Shown here: piece by piece, positions 10,482 through 19,156 of the stretch
Numbering within the stretch: position 1 is the first letter of the stretch
How the letters are laid out: each line of letters starts with the position of its first letter
Assembly: GCA_964372485.1 (NCBI GenBank)
Contig: CAYJQI010000001.1
Coordinates: forward strand, 323,110 to 387,109
Reading direction: 5' to 3'
DNA: 64,000 nucleotides
DNA from: an uncultured archaeon
GTDB taxonomy: Archaea; Aenigmatarchaeota; Aenigmatarchaeia; CG10238-14; SCSR01
Notes under the pieces: generated by a model
Told to the model about the DNA's origin: nothing
The model's input: only the letters and a program-made list of their open reading frames with translations
The model's database searches: none
Translations under genes and position numbers: made by a program

Positions 10482-11386
10482 ATATGCCTCAACGCCGTAT
10501 ACCATTTGTACTTTTTTCCACTAATAGAATTTTAAATTATTCAAGGAGCCTTGGATTATTTGGTATAGGTAATCGAATTTCAAAATTATTTCCATTCCTT
10601 TCACTTTACTTGTATCAATCAGAATCAACTCATGACGCAGGTGAATATGTTTCTATCGCCCTTTTTTCTGCTATTACATGGTTTATAATTCCATTCTCAT
10701 TCGGAATGTTTCTTTCATTAGTAGCGACACTTCCTTCTAATTTTCCTTTAATTATTACAGCGGTCTCTTTTGCAATGTTTGGATTATCATTTTTGTATAT
10801 AATTTTTTATCCCAGAGTATTTGTTACAAGAAGAACTCGTGAGTTGGAGAAGAATTTGCTATTCGCATTAAGACATTTGATGATTCAGGCAAAATCTGGT
10901 ATACCTCTTTTTGATTCGATGGCATCTGTCGCACGCGCAAATTATGGTTTGGTATCCAAAGAATTCAATGAAGTTGTTCGAAGGATCAGTACAGGAGTAA
11001 GAGATGTAGAGGCGTTGGAAGAATTGGCTTTGAAAAATCCATCATTATACTTCCGACGAGCTCTTTGGCAAGTGTCAAATGCAATTCGAGTCGGAGCTGA
11101 TATAGGAAACACATTGGAAATTATCATACAAAATCTTGCGAATGAACAAAGAATACTTGTAAGAAAATACGGTTCACAACTTAATCCTCTTGCATTTCTT
11201 TACATGATGTTTGGTGTAATAATGCCAAGTTTAGGCATAGCATTGTTGATAATATTATCATCTTTCGCAGGATTGCCAATTAAAAAATATTTCTTCTGGG
11301 CGATTTTGGGATTTCTGGTTATTTTCAAGTTTAACTTTCTTGGAATAGTCAAAAGCAGAAGACCATCGGTGGAAGTTTATGTATAG
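10478..11386 (+). CDS. Pilus platform membrane protein, first half (TadB/FlaJ-like T2SSF domain).
   Basis: Polytopic membrane protein with one T2SSF-like domain. Overlaps the ATPase gene by 4 nt. Confidence 0.7.
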   Translation: MNMPQRRIPFVLFSTNRILNYSRSLGLFGIGNRISKLFPFLSLYLYQSESTHDAGEYVSIALFSAITWFIIPFSFGMFLSLVATLPSNFPLIITAVSFAMFGLSFLYIIFYPRVFVTRRTRELEKNLLFALRHLMIQAKSGIPLFDSMASVARANYGLVSKEFNEVVRRISTGVRDVEALEELALKNPSLYFRRALWQVSNAIRVGADIGNTLEIIIQNLANEQRILVRKYGSQLNPLAFLYMMFGVIMPSLGIALLIILSSFAGLPIKKYFFWAILGFLVIFKFNFLGIVKSRRPSVEVYV

Positions 11387-12362
11387 ATTCTTTTATGCAC
11401 TCAGCCCTGTGAAATACAGGAAGTGGGTTACACAACAACTCAACTATTGTGATTTTTCAGTATCGCCAATAAAATTAATTGGTTTCTTGATAATTTTTGG
11501 TCTGATGGCAGGATTTGCTGCAGGTTTACTTTTGTACGGATTTGGGATTGTCGGATTAATTGGTTTTCTTATTACTTGGATAGCGGTGTTGATGGGTTTT
11601 GAAATATTGAGTCATCTCACTTTGATTTTCGTTGCAGATGGCAGAGCAAATTTCGTAGAACAGATTTTACCGGATGCACTACAGATAGTTTCTGCAAATA
11701 TGCGTTCAGGATTGACTCCAGATAAGGCAATTTTGACATCGGCACGACCGGAATTTGGTCCACTTGAGAAAGAATTGAGAAAAGCAGCAAAGGAGACTTT
11801 ATCGGGTAAATCTTTCGAAGATGCGTTGAAAGGGGTTACTGCAAAAATTAAATCAAAAAGTTTAGATAAGACAATTGCACTTGTTGTTGAAGGATTATCG
11901 AAAGGCGGAAGCATAACAAGTCTATTGGATAGCGTGGCAGATGATATAAGACAGGCTCGAGTGCTCAGAAATGAAATAAAATCATATGTCATGATGTATG
12001 GAATATTTATTTTCTTTGCAGCTGGTGTCGGAGGACCTTTGCTTTACTCTGTTGCAACGTATTTGATACAAACAATGACAACTATTGGGGGCTCTGTTGA
12101 TTTGGGAGATTCTTTGACACAATCTTCAATACCATTGCTTAAATTTGGATCGGCTGAGATAGATGTGGATTTCTTACGAACGTATTCCTATATTGCTATA
12201 GTAGTGACAGCATTTTTTGGTAGTTTGTTGATAGGACTGGTTCAGGAAGGCACTGAAAAAGGTGGTTTGAAGTTTTTCCCGATTCTTCTAGTTGTTGGAT
12301 TGGGCGTTTTTACAGTAACTCAGATCGCTCTAAAAGGTATTTTTGGTACACTTGCGGGATAG
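11379..12362 (+). CDS. Pilus platform membrane protein, second half (TadC/FlaJ-like T2SSF domain).
   Basis: Second T2SSF-like domain with TM helices. Overlaps the previous gene by 8 nt in a different frame. Confidence 0.7.
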   Translation: MYRFFYALSPVKYRKWVTQQLNYCDFSVSPIKLIGFLIIFGLMAGFAAGLLLYGFGIVGLIGFLITWIAVLMGFEILSHLTLIFVADGRANFVEQILPDALQIVSANMRSGLTPDKAILTSARPEFGPLEKELRKAAKETLSGKSFEDALKGVTAKIKSKSLDKTIALVVEGLSKGGSITSLLDSVADDIRQARVLRNEIKSYVMMYGIFIFFAAGVGGPLLYSVATYLIQTMTTIGGSVDLGDSLTQSSIPLLKFGSAEIDVDFLRTYSYIAIVVTAFFGSLLIGLVQEGTEKGGLKFFPILLVVGLGVFTVTQIALKGIFGTLAG

Positions 12363-12388
12363 TGCTTTATAAGGCAGGAAAACGAAAT

Positions 12389-12874
12389 ATGAGTTATATG
12401 TTTAAAATAGTACGAAAAGGCCAAACGGCTTTGGAATACTTGATGACTTACGGGTGGGCTATATTGATAGTAATCATTGCTATCGGTGCCCTTTACGCTT
12501 TAGGACTTACAAAACCATGTAGATGGACAGGAACACAAATAACAGGATTCACAGGTGGTGGATTCGAAGCATCTGTTCCGAGATTTAGTGGAGGTGGCGA
12601 CGATCTAGTATTGGACTTCAAAAGAATCGGAGCCAATTCAGTAAATTTCTATCACGCAAATGCAACGTACAAGACAGCACATATCGACTTGAACTCAACT
12701 GAACCTAATGCGATATTGGCGACAGGCGCAACAAAAACAGTCACATTTGATTTCAATCCTCCAGAAGATTCATCATCCGGTGACTGCTATGCAGTTGATA
12801 TAATACTAGGCTACAGCGAAAGTGGAAGAAATTTCACAGCAGCAGGTCGAGTTAGCGGAACAATTGAAACTTAA
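12389..12874 (+). CDS. Pilin with a class III signal peptide.
   Basis: MSYMFKIVRKG|QTALEYLMTYGWAILIV. The track start at 12362 is a GTG extension. Confidence 0.65.
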   Translation: MSYMFKIVRKGQTALEYLMTYGWAILIVIIAIGALYALGLTKPCRWTGTQITGFTGGGFEASVPRFSGGGDDLVLDFKRIGANSVNFYHANATYKTAHIDLNSTEPNAILATGATKTVTFDFNPPEDSSSGDCYAVDIILGYSESGRNFTAAGRVSGTIET

Positions 12875-12875
12875 A

Positions 12876-14378
12876 TCACATAAAAGTCTCTAAATCAGTA
12901 GCACTAAGATTAGAATCAGCGAAACCCAAAAGTTCGTCTTCAAGATTTTTTCCTTTCCCAATTATTTTACTTTTTCTTTCTCTTACATTAACCAAAATAG
13001 GGTAGTTCACAGCTTCTCCAACAATAAATGCTTCACCAACTTTTAATCCTGGAATTGAACTTAATATACCGCTTGTAATTCCTTCTGAACTTTCTTTTAT
13101 ATGATCGAGGTCGTACGGGTTAGTTACACGCATAATGATGTCGGTATTGCATTGTGAAAGTGCGGTTGTAGCTAATCCGGCAGGTCTTTGTGTTATCAAT
13201 GTTAAACAAGCATTAAACTTTCTACCTTCACGAGCTATTTGTTCGATTATACTTCTAGATAATGCAAGATCATGTTCTTCGCCTTCCGGTGCGAATTGAT
13301 GCGCCTCTTCTACAAATAAAACGAATGGAGATATTTTCTTTTGTCGTCTCGCTTCGAATAATTTCCATGCAAAGTAAGCAACAATTATTTGTTTTCTTTT
13401 AATGTCCACAATATCCGACAAATCAAAAATACTTAGATTTCCTTTGAATGCAAGATCCTTTATCGAAGGATAGTCTCTGTTGGAAAATAATCCTGTATAT
13501 TCAATTTCATGCAACCAAGATGCCAGAACTTCTTTTGTATTGTCTTTAATCTCACTTTTCAATACTGCATCAATAAGATCTTGCATGTTGTATGTAGGTT
13601 TTTCTTCCCTGAGTTTTCTAATCACAGGTCCAAGTTCTCTTCTTTGAACAGCAGAAATTTTTGGCTGTAAAACTGAAAGTTGATATGCAGACAAACTATT
13701 CGTCGATATACTGATTTCATTTGCATTGTAAACTTTGGTGGATAATCTATACTTTTCATCCTGCGCAAATCCACTATATTCACCATGCGGATCCACAATA
13801 ATTACAGACGGCCTTGCATTTCTTTCTCTGTTAAGAAGTTCTTCCAATAAAACTGAAGTTAAATATGATTTTCCTGCACCGGACATTGCAAGTATGGCTA
13901 GATGTTTTTGGAATAGTTTTGTAATATTAATTTTAGCATCGATATTATGAAATTCAACTTTACCAAGATTCAATCCAGAATTAACATCCAATCCCAAAGC
14001 ATTGTTCAATAAAGTTTCATCAATTGGAAATACATCATTCCCAGGTGATGGGGGAAATGTTACTCGTTTTTGCATTCCATTAGAGAAAATTCCTAAAGGA
14101 CGCGCCTGAGCAATTAAATATTCCCATCTATCAACAGGAAATTGATCGATGAGAGGTTTGCCTGAACGTTCAAATTCACTCACAGATTCTGCACGTTGAT
14201 AATAACGGTTGGTTTTTATAATATCTTCCACTCGAGCAACTAGAACTCCATCTTGAGTGTCCAATTGAATAAATTCACCTTTCCTTACAGGCACACCTTT
14301 ATTCTCATTTAGAACGAACCAGAATTCCGTACTGTTTGGGCCTAGCTCAGATGAAATAACTGTGCCAATCTCTCGCAT
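12876..14378 (-). CDS. herA: HerA-like (DUF87) FtsK-superfamily ATPase.
   Basis: N-terminal barrel, Walker A MSGAGKS, IVDPHGEY, Walker B VEEAHQF and a QRPAGL C-terminus. Convergent with the last pilin gene. Confidence 0.75.
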   Translation of the reverse strand: MREIGTVISSELGPNSTEFWFVLNENKGVPVRKGEFIQLDTQDGVLVARVEDIIKTNRYYQRAESVSEFERSGKPLIDQFPVDRWEYLIAQARPLGIFSNGMQKRVTFPPSPGNDVFPIDETLLNNALGLDVNSGLNLGKVEFHNIDAKINITKLFQKHLAILAMSGAGKSYLTSVLLEELLNRERNARPSVIIVDPHGEYSGFAQDEKYRLSTKVYNANEISISTNSLSAYQLSVLQPKISAVQRRELGPVIRKLREEKPTYNMQDLIDAVLKSEIKDNTKEVLASWLHEIEYTGLFSNRDYPSIKDLAFKGNLSIFDLSDIVDIKRKQIIVAYFAWKLFEARRQKKISPFVLFVEEAHQFAPEGEEHDLALSRSIIEQIAREGRKFNACLTLITQRPAGLATTALSQCNTDIIMRVTNPYDLDHIKESSEGITSGILSSIPGLKVGEAFIVGEAVNYPILVNVRERKSKIIGKGKNLEDELLGFADSNLSATDLETFM

Positions 14379-14410
14379 AGTTTTTAAGTTGAATGTAAAA
14401 AGATAAATGT

Positions 14411-15169
14411 ATGGTCATCAAGTTTATCACGAACTACCCAGCGGCTTTAATTACGGATAAGAAGATTCTTGTAATCTCTGATATCCACATAGGACTAGAA
14501 TCGGAACTTGGAAGTGCTGGAGTAAGAATTCATAAGCAAATAGAAAAATTCCAGGAAATCCTTTACAAATTGATCGAATTAACAGATGCAAAAACTTTGG
14601 TAATTTTGGGAGATGTTAAACACAAAGTTCCTGGAGCAACGATGCAAGAATTGAGAGATATACCTAAATTCCTACAAAATCTTTCTTCAAAAGTAAAAGT
14701 TATTATAACAAAAGGAAATCATGACGATTATTTGGAAACAATGGTACCAACTGGAGTTAAAATATACGGGAGCAAAGGATTCAAAATTGGAAAATATGGA
14801 TTTTTTCATGGTCATGCAAAACCTGGTAAGACTCTTCTAAAATGTGATCAACTTTTCATAGGTCATTTGCAGCCTTCAGTGGAATTTAGAGATGGTTTTG
14901 GATATGCTACCCGTCAACAAGTGTGGTTGAAAGGTAAATTAAATCCCGACGTTGTAAAAAAGTTGTACAAAACCAAATCAACTGGAAAAATGAATATAAT
15001 AATTGTTCCTTCTTTCAATTCCATGATCGGAAGTATGAATGTTATATCAACCGAAGATCTGTTAGGACCATTATTAGTGAATGAGATGGTTCAATTGGAT
15101 ACAATGCGTACATATCTTCTTGATGGGACGTATTTGGGATTGTTGAGTTCAATAAAAGAACAAATTTAA
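14411..15169 (+). CDS. Calcineurin-like metallophosphoesterase (Mre11/SbcD-like fold).
   Basis: Motifs SDIHIG, GDVKH, GNHDD and GH. Divergent from herA across a 32-nt gap. Confidence 0.7.
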   Translation: MVIKFITNYPAALITDKKILVISDIHIGLESELGSAGVRIHKQIEKFQEILYKLIELTDAKTLVILGDVKHKVPGATMQELRDIPKFLQNLSSKVKVIITKGNHDDYLETMVPTGVKIYGSKGFKIGKYGFFHGHAKPGKTLLKCDQLFIGHLQPSVEFRDGFGYATRQQVWLKGKLNPDVVKKLYKTKSTGKMNIIIVPSFNSMIGSMNVISTEDLLGPLLVNEMVQLDTMRTYLLDGTYLGLLSSIKEQI

Positions 15170-15183
15170 ACGATAAAACACAA

Positions 15184-16497
15184 ATGGATAGTATGAAATC
15201 TACCTTTTTTGTGTCTTTAGTATTGGTAGTGATGAGTGCATCGATTGTGGGTTTTGCACATGCAGACGAGACTGGTTCAAAAACAGGCACTCTTCGAGAT
15301 TTTGCACAAAAGATAGAACAACTAACTCCAGAACAACAACAAAGGTTGCGAGAATTGACATTGGAGAAAACAAGAAATCTAGGCGAATTAAATACACCTA
15401 CTCTTGAAAAGGTTTCACAACTCAATCCAGATGAATTGGAAAAATTGACTTTATTGGGAAAAAGTAGATTGAATGAACTATCAGCTCTTGACAGGGAGAT
15501 GCTTAAAAAAAGATTGGAAAATATAACTATTGAAAGAGTGACGAAAGAACGATTGTTGGAGAAACGAGATATTCTGCAAGGAAAAATAGAGGAAGCACGA
15601 GAAAAAGTAGATGAGTTGAAGGATAGAATAAAAGATCTGAGATCTGAAATAAATGAGAGCAAGAAAGATCTTCAAGAAATACGAGATGAGTTAAAATCAT
15701 GTAAAAATTCGACTTCTGTAGAATGTAATGAAACGAAATCTAGGGCATTAGAGCACGGAAAGAAAGTAGTTCTTAGAAATATTGATCTTGCAATAGATCA
15801 CCTCAATAAAATCAAAGCTCACATTGAAGGAAATGATGACATTGATGAAACTACAGCGAATGAAGCTATAGCAGATATAGATGCCGCGATTGCAGAACTT
15901 GAAGCCTTGAAACCTAAAGTAGAAGGTGCAACTACACTTGCAGAGTTGCGTGATTTAGCTAAACAAGTAAAAGCTGTTTGGAAAAGAATTGAACATCGCG
16001 CCAGATTACACGCTGCAAATTCAATACTTTCTGATGTAGGAGAAATTTTGAGCAGAGCACGACATCTTGAAAGAAAATTGGAAAGAGTACTTGCCTTCGC
16101 AGACAAACACGGAGTTGATGTTTCTGATTTGAACGGTTCAATTAATGATTTTTCTGATAAAGTAGAGTCAGCACGAGTTAAGATAGAAGAATCTAAATCA
16201 AAATTCAAAGAAGCCAAGGAATTGCGAAATGCATCGAGAGCAGATGGTAATATAACGGACGACGAGTCGTCACAAATTAAATCATTATTGAACGAATCTC
16301 GTGTATTATCAAGGGAAGCACATCAATTGCTGAAAGATGCACACGTTATTTTGAAATCCATCTCTGCAAGTATTCGAGAAAGAATAACAGTGGAAACAGA
16401 AGTTGAAATAAAAGAAGAAGAACTCGTTAATGTGGAAGTTGATTTGAATGCTGAGGTGGGTGAACCAGAAGCAGTAGAAATAAATGAGGGATCATAA
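15184..16497 (+). CDS. Secreted coiled-coil protein.
   Basis: Signal peptide MKSTFFVSLVLVVMSASIVGFAHA. The rest is E/K/L-rich heptad-like sequence. Confidence 0.5.
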   Translation: MDSMKSTFFVSLVLVVMSASIVGFAHADETGSKTGTLRDFAQKIEQLTPEQQQRLRELTLEKTRNLGELNTPTLEKVSQLNPDELEKLTLLGKSRLNELSALDREMLKKRLENITIERVTKERLLEKRDILQGKIEEAREKVDELKDRIKDLRSEINESKKDLQEIRDELKSCKNSTSVECNETKSRALEHGKKVVLRNIDLAIDHLNKIKAHIEGNDDIDETTANEAIADIDAAIAELEALKPKVEGATTLAELRDLAKQVKAVWKRIEHRARLHAANSILSDVGEILSRARHLERKLERVLAFADKHGVDVSDLNGSINDFSDKVESARVKIEESKSKFKEAKELRNASRADGNITDDESSQIKSLLNESRVLSREAHQLLKDAHVILKSISASIRERITVETEVEIKEEELVNVEVDLNAEVGEPEAVEINEGS

Positions 16498-16720
16498 AAT
16501 GAAAAATAAAATATTGATATTGTTGATTGGTATTTCAGTATTTCTTGCTGGATGTACTAAGGCTCCGGCAGAACAAGATGTAATTACAGGAAATGTTCCT
16601 CTTGTAGATACAACACAACAAAGCATAACTGACACAGACATTGCCGATTCTGATTTGGGCGACGAAGAAGTTCAACAGATTTCATCGGATATGGATGAAC
16701 TTGATGAAATTTTAAGTTAG
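16484..16720 (+). CDS. Small acidic lipoprotein.
   Basis: Lipobox LAGC after a hydrophobic leader, with a D/E-rich tail. Confidence 0.4.
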   Translation: MRDHKMKNKILILLIGISVFLAGCTKAPAEQDVITGNVPLVDTTQQSITDTDIADSDLGDEEVQQISSDMDELDEILS

Positions 16721-18502
16721 TTCATTCAACAATTCTTTTTCACTTTCTGTGAGTTCATCAAAAACTTCTCTAAGAACTCTTACATCATCCATATTTAACA
16801 CGGATGTTAACACGTCTCCTTCAAAAATTTGTCTGCCAACAGTTGCATCTTCAATACTGACTGCAACTTTGTCATTCTTCTTTGCAAATTCTATTGATTT
16901 ACCTTCACTCTGAACTTCTTTTACTCTACCAACAAATTTTCCATCTTCTCGTTTGAGTAAAACTCCAGTTTTCAAATAACCTCTTAAAATTTCCACACCT
17001 ACAACAGCTGGATTTGAGCTACGGAATACAGCACCTTTGATTAATCTAATTTCAACAGGCCGATTTATTCTACTTAATTTTTCTTCAGTCAAATTTTGTT
17101 TTTTATTTTCCACCCATTCCTTATAATCTTCAATCAAACGATAGATTACATTATTTTCGAAAATCTTAACTCCCAAGTCAGTGGCCATAGATTTTATTTC
17201 ATCTGATACTTTTACATTGAAAACAAGAATAGCTCGTTTGAGTAGATCTTCATTGCCTTGTGCTGCTATAACATCTTCTCTAGTGACTTGTCCGGCATCG
17301 GCATGTCTTATCGATATTCCTTCTTCAGTTAAAAGTTTTATCATTGCTTCAACACTTCCTAAACTATCAGCTTCAATTGCAATTCCATCAATATCTTTGG
17401 TGAACTCGACTTCCTCGACTTCCTTCTGCGCTTCTTCTACGTACTGTTTCACATCTTCTTCAGAACTGACTGCAATAATTGGTGATCCTGGAATTACATT
17501 TTCCAAATTAGGTGCAGAAATTTTAATTCCCGCAGCAGCTTCAACTTTTTCAATAGTGTCAAATTGTTTTTCTACTCGTAGTTCTTTCAGTTCTTTAGGA
17601 CGCAATATAGCTTTTATCTTGGTTACAATCGGTTGTTTCCCACCAATTACCATCGTGTCCCCCTTTCGAATTATTCCATCATATAATATCACATCCACTG
17701 TTGTCCCTAATCCACGAACATCTTTGACTTCTAACACAGAACCTTTAGCAACATTGGATAGAGTTAGTTTATTTTTCAAAAATTGTTGTGATAACCCAGC
17801 TAACATCAAAACCAATTCAGGTATACCTTCTCCTGTTGTGCCAGAACAAGGTACAATGGCAATTTGTTTGGTAAAATCTGTTATTCTATCAAATCTTTCT
17901 GATTCAAAACCCCTTTGCGCGAGTTCAGAAACAATAGAATATAATTTTGTATCGAGTTCGTTTTTAACATATTCTTGTTGTCGAGGTATATTTTCTATAA
18001 ATGATGTTGAGTTGGAAAACCATCCTTGCATTTTGTCTAATTTTGTAGCTGCAACTACAAATGGAGTTTTATATTCTTTCAAAATAGCCAGAGATTCATT
18101 TGTTTGTTCTTGAAACCCTTGCGTAATGTCAACTACCAGAATTGCCAAGTCAGCTACACTCCCTCCTCTTTTTCTTAATGTGATAAATGCCGCATGGCCA
18201 GGTGAATCAATTAATAGCAATCCTGGGATAACTAGTTCAATTTTGAATTTTCCTAAAAGATGACCGCAGATATTTTTTATTGTGGATATAGGAATGTTTG
18301 TTGCACCAATGGATTGGGTTATAAGTCCTGGTTCAGATTTGGCAACTGTAGTACCTCTGATTTTGTCCAGTAAAGTGGTTTTACCATGGTCTACATGACC
18401 CGCTGTAAGGATAATTGGAGATCGTATCATACTATCAATTGTATAAAACAAATGAGAACTTTTAAATACATTAAGTATATCCAAAATACGTCCCGAATTC
18501 AA
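16712..18502 (-). CDS. infB: Translation initiation factor aIF5B (IF2 homologue).
   Basis: G-domain GHVDHGKTTLLD, DSPGH and NKLD motifs. Domain layout matches aIF5B. Confidence 0.9.
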   Translation of the reverse strand: MNSGRILDILNVFKSSHLFYTIDSMIRSPIILTAGHVDHGKTTLLDKIRGTTVAKSEPGLITQSIGATNIPISTIKNICGHLLGKFKIELVIPGLLLIDSPGHAAFITLRKRGGSVADLAILVVDITQGFQEQTNESLAILKEYKTPFVVAATKLDKMQGWFSNSTSFIENIPRQQEYVKNELDTKLYSIVSELAQRGFESERFDRITDFTKQIAIVPCSGTTGEGIPELVLMLAGLSQQFLKNKLTLSNVAKGSVLEVKDVRGLGTTVDVILYDGIIRKGDTMVIGGKQPIVTKIKAILRPKELKELRVEKQFDTIEKVEAAAGIKISAPNLENVIPGSPIIAVSSEEDVKQYVEEAQKEVEEVEFTKDIDGIAIEADSLGSVEAMIKLLTEEGISIRHADAGQVTREDVIAAQGNEDLLKRAILVFNVKVSDEIKSMATDLGVKIFENNVIYRLIEDYKEWVENKKQNLTEEKLSRINRPVEIRLIKGAVFRSSNPAVVGVEILRGYLKTGVLLKREDGKFVGRVKEVQSEGKSIEFAKKNDKVAVSIEDATVGRQIFEGDVLTSVLNMDDVRVLREVFDELTESEKELLNELT

Positions 18503-18542
18503 GCTTATCAGTTTTTATTCACATTTAATAATTAGTGATTTT

Positions 18543-18989
18543 GTGGCATTGACTCTCCAAGAAGTAATCCCGCTGGGTTTGTGTATGGCTACTCAGGATC
18601 TTATAGACACACGAAGATTTCAACAAAATTTTGCTGATAACCTGCTTTTAAGAGGACGCGATAAAGTGCTTGGAAGTAAACTAGTTCCGATAAAGAGAGA
18701 GTTGAATTCTTCAAATCTTCAAAAAAAGTACATAGAGGGTCATAAAATTGCCATTGTGAGTAACCTTGATAAGATAATTGCAATTGTTGCATCCCGTTAT
18801 TCGGAAATAGATTTGAATCTAGTTGACTCGATAGCATATAATGGAAGGCTTATTATAGAAAAAGTCCTGGAAGCAGAATCATTCGATAAAATAGCAGAAT
18901 TAGATTCTACATTCAAAACAAAAATAACTTTACCTGTATATGATTTATTTATTCGACATATGAAGAAATCGCGCATTTCAATGATTTGA
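18543..18989 (+). CDS. Hypothetical protein.
   Basis: ORF with a GTG start. No recognisable motif. Confidence 0.3.
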   Translation: MALTLQEVIPLGLCMATQDLIDTRRFQQNFADNLLLRGRDKVLGSKLVPIKRELNSSNLQKKYIEGHKIAIVSNLDKIIAIVASRYSEIDLNLVDSIAYNGRLIIEKVLEAESFDKIAELDSTFKTKITLPVYDLFIRHMKKSRISMI

Positions 18990-19154
18990 ATGGACGATAT
19001 CGATAATGAAATAGAACGTTTGAAAATGAAGAAGGTTGAAATTACTAACAAGTTAAACTTGGCAGAATTCATAGATGAAAAGGAAGAATATAATAAACAG
19101 ATTGAACTTATTCAAAGACAAATTGAAATTTTAGAAAGAATGAGAACTATGTGA
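18990..19154 (+). CDS. Small coiled-coil protein (54 aa), below the ORF-track cut-off.
   Basis: ATG at 18990 read manually. MDDIDNEIERLKMKK...EILERMRTM. Confidence 0.2.
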   Translation: MDDIDNEIERLKMKKVEITNKLNLAEFIDEKEEYNKQIELIQRQIEILERMRTM

Positions 19155-19156
19155 TC

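Noticed and set aside
11612-11992. 126-aa minus-strand ORF.
   Set aside because: Antisense within the platform membrane-protein gene.
15042-15662. 206-aa minus-strand ORF.
   Set aside because: Antisense to the phosphoesterase and coiled-coil genes. Its low-complexity F/S-rich composition marks it as an artefact.
17181-18113. 310-aa ORF on the plus strand.
   Set aside because: It lies entirely antisense to the well-supported aIF5B gene. Its S/T/I-rich composition is typical of a reverse-frame artefact.
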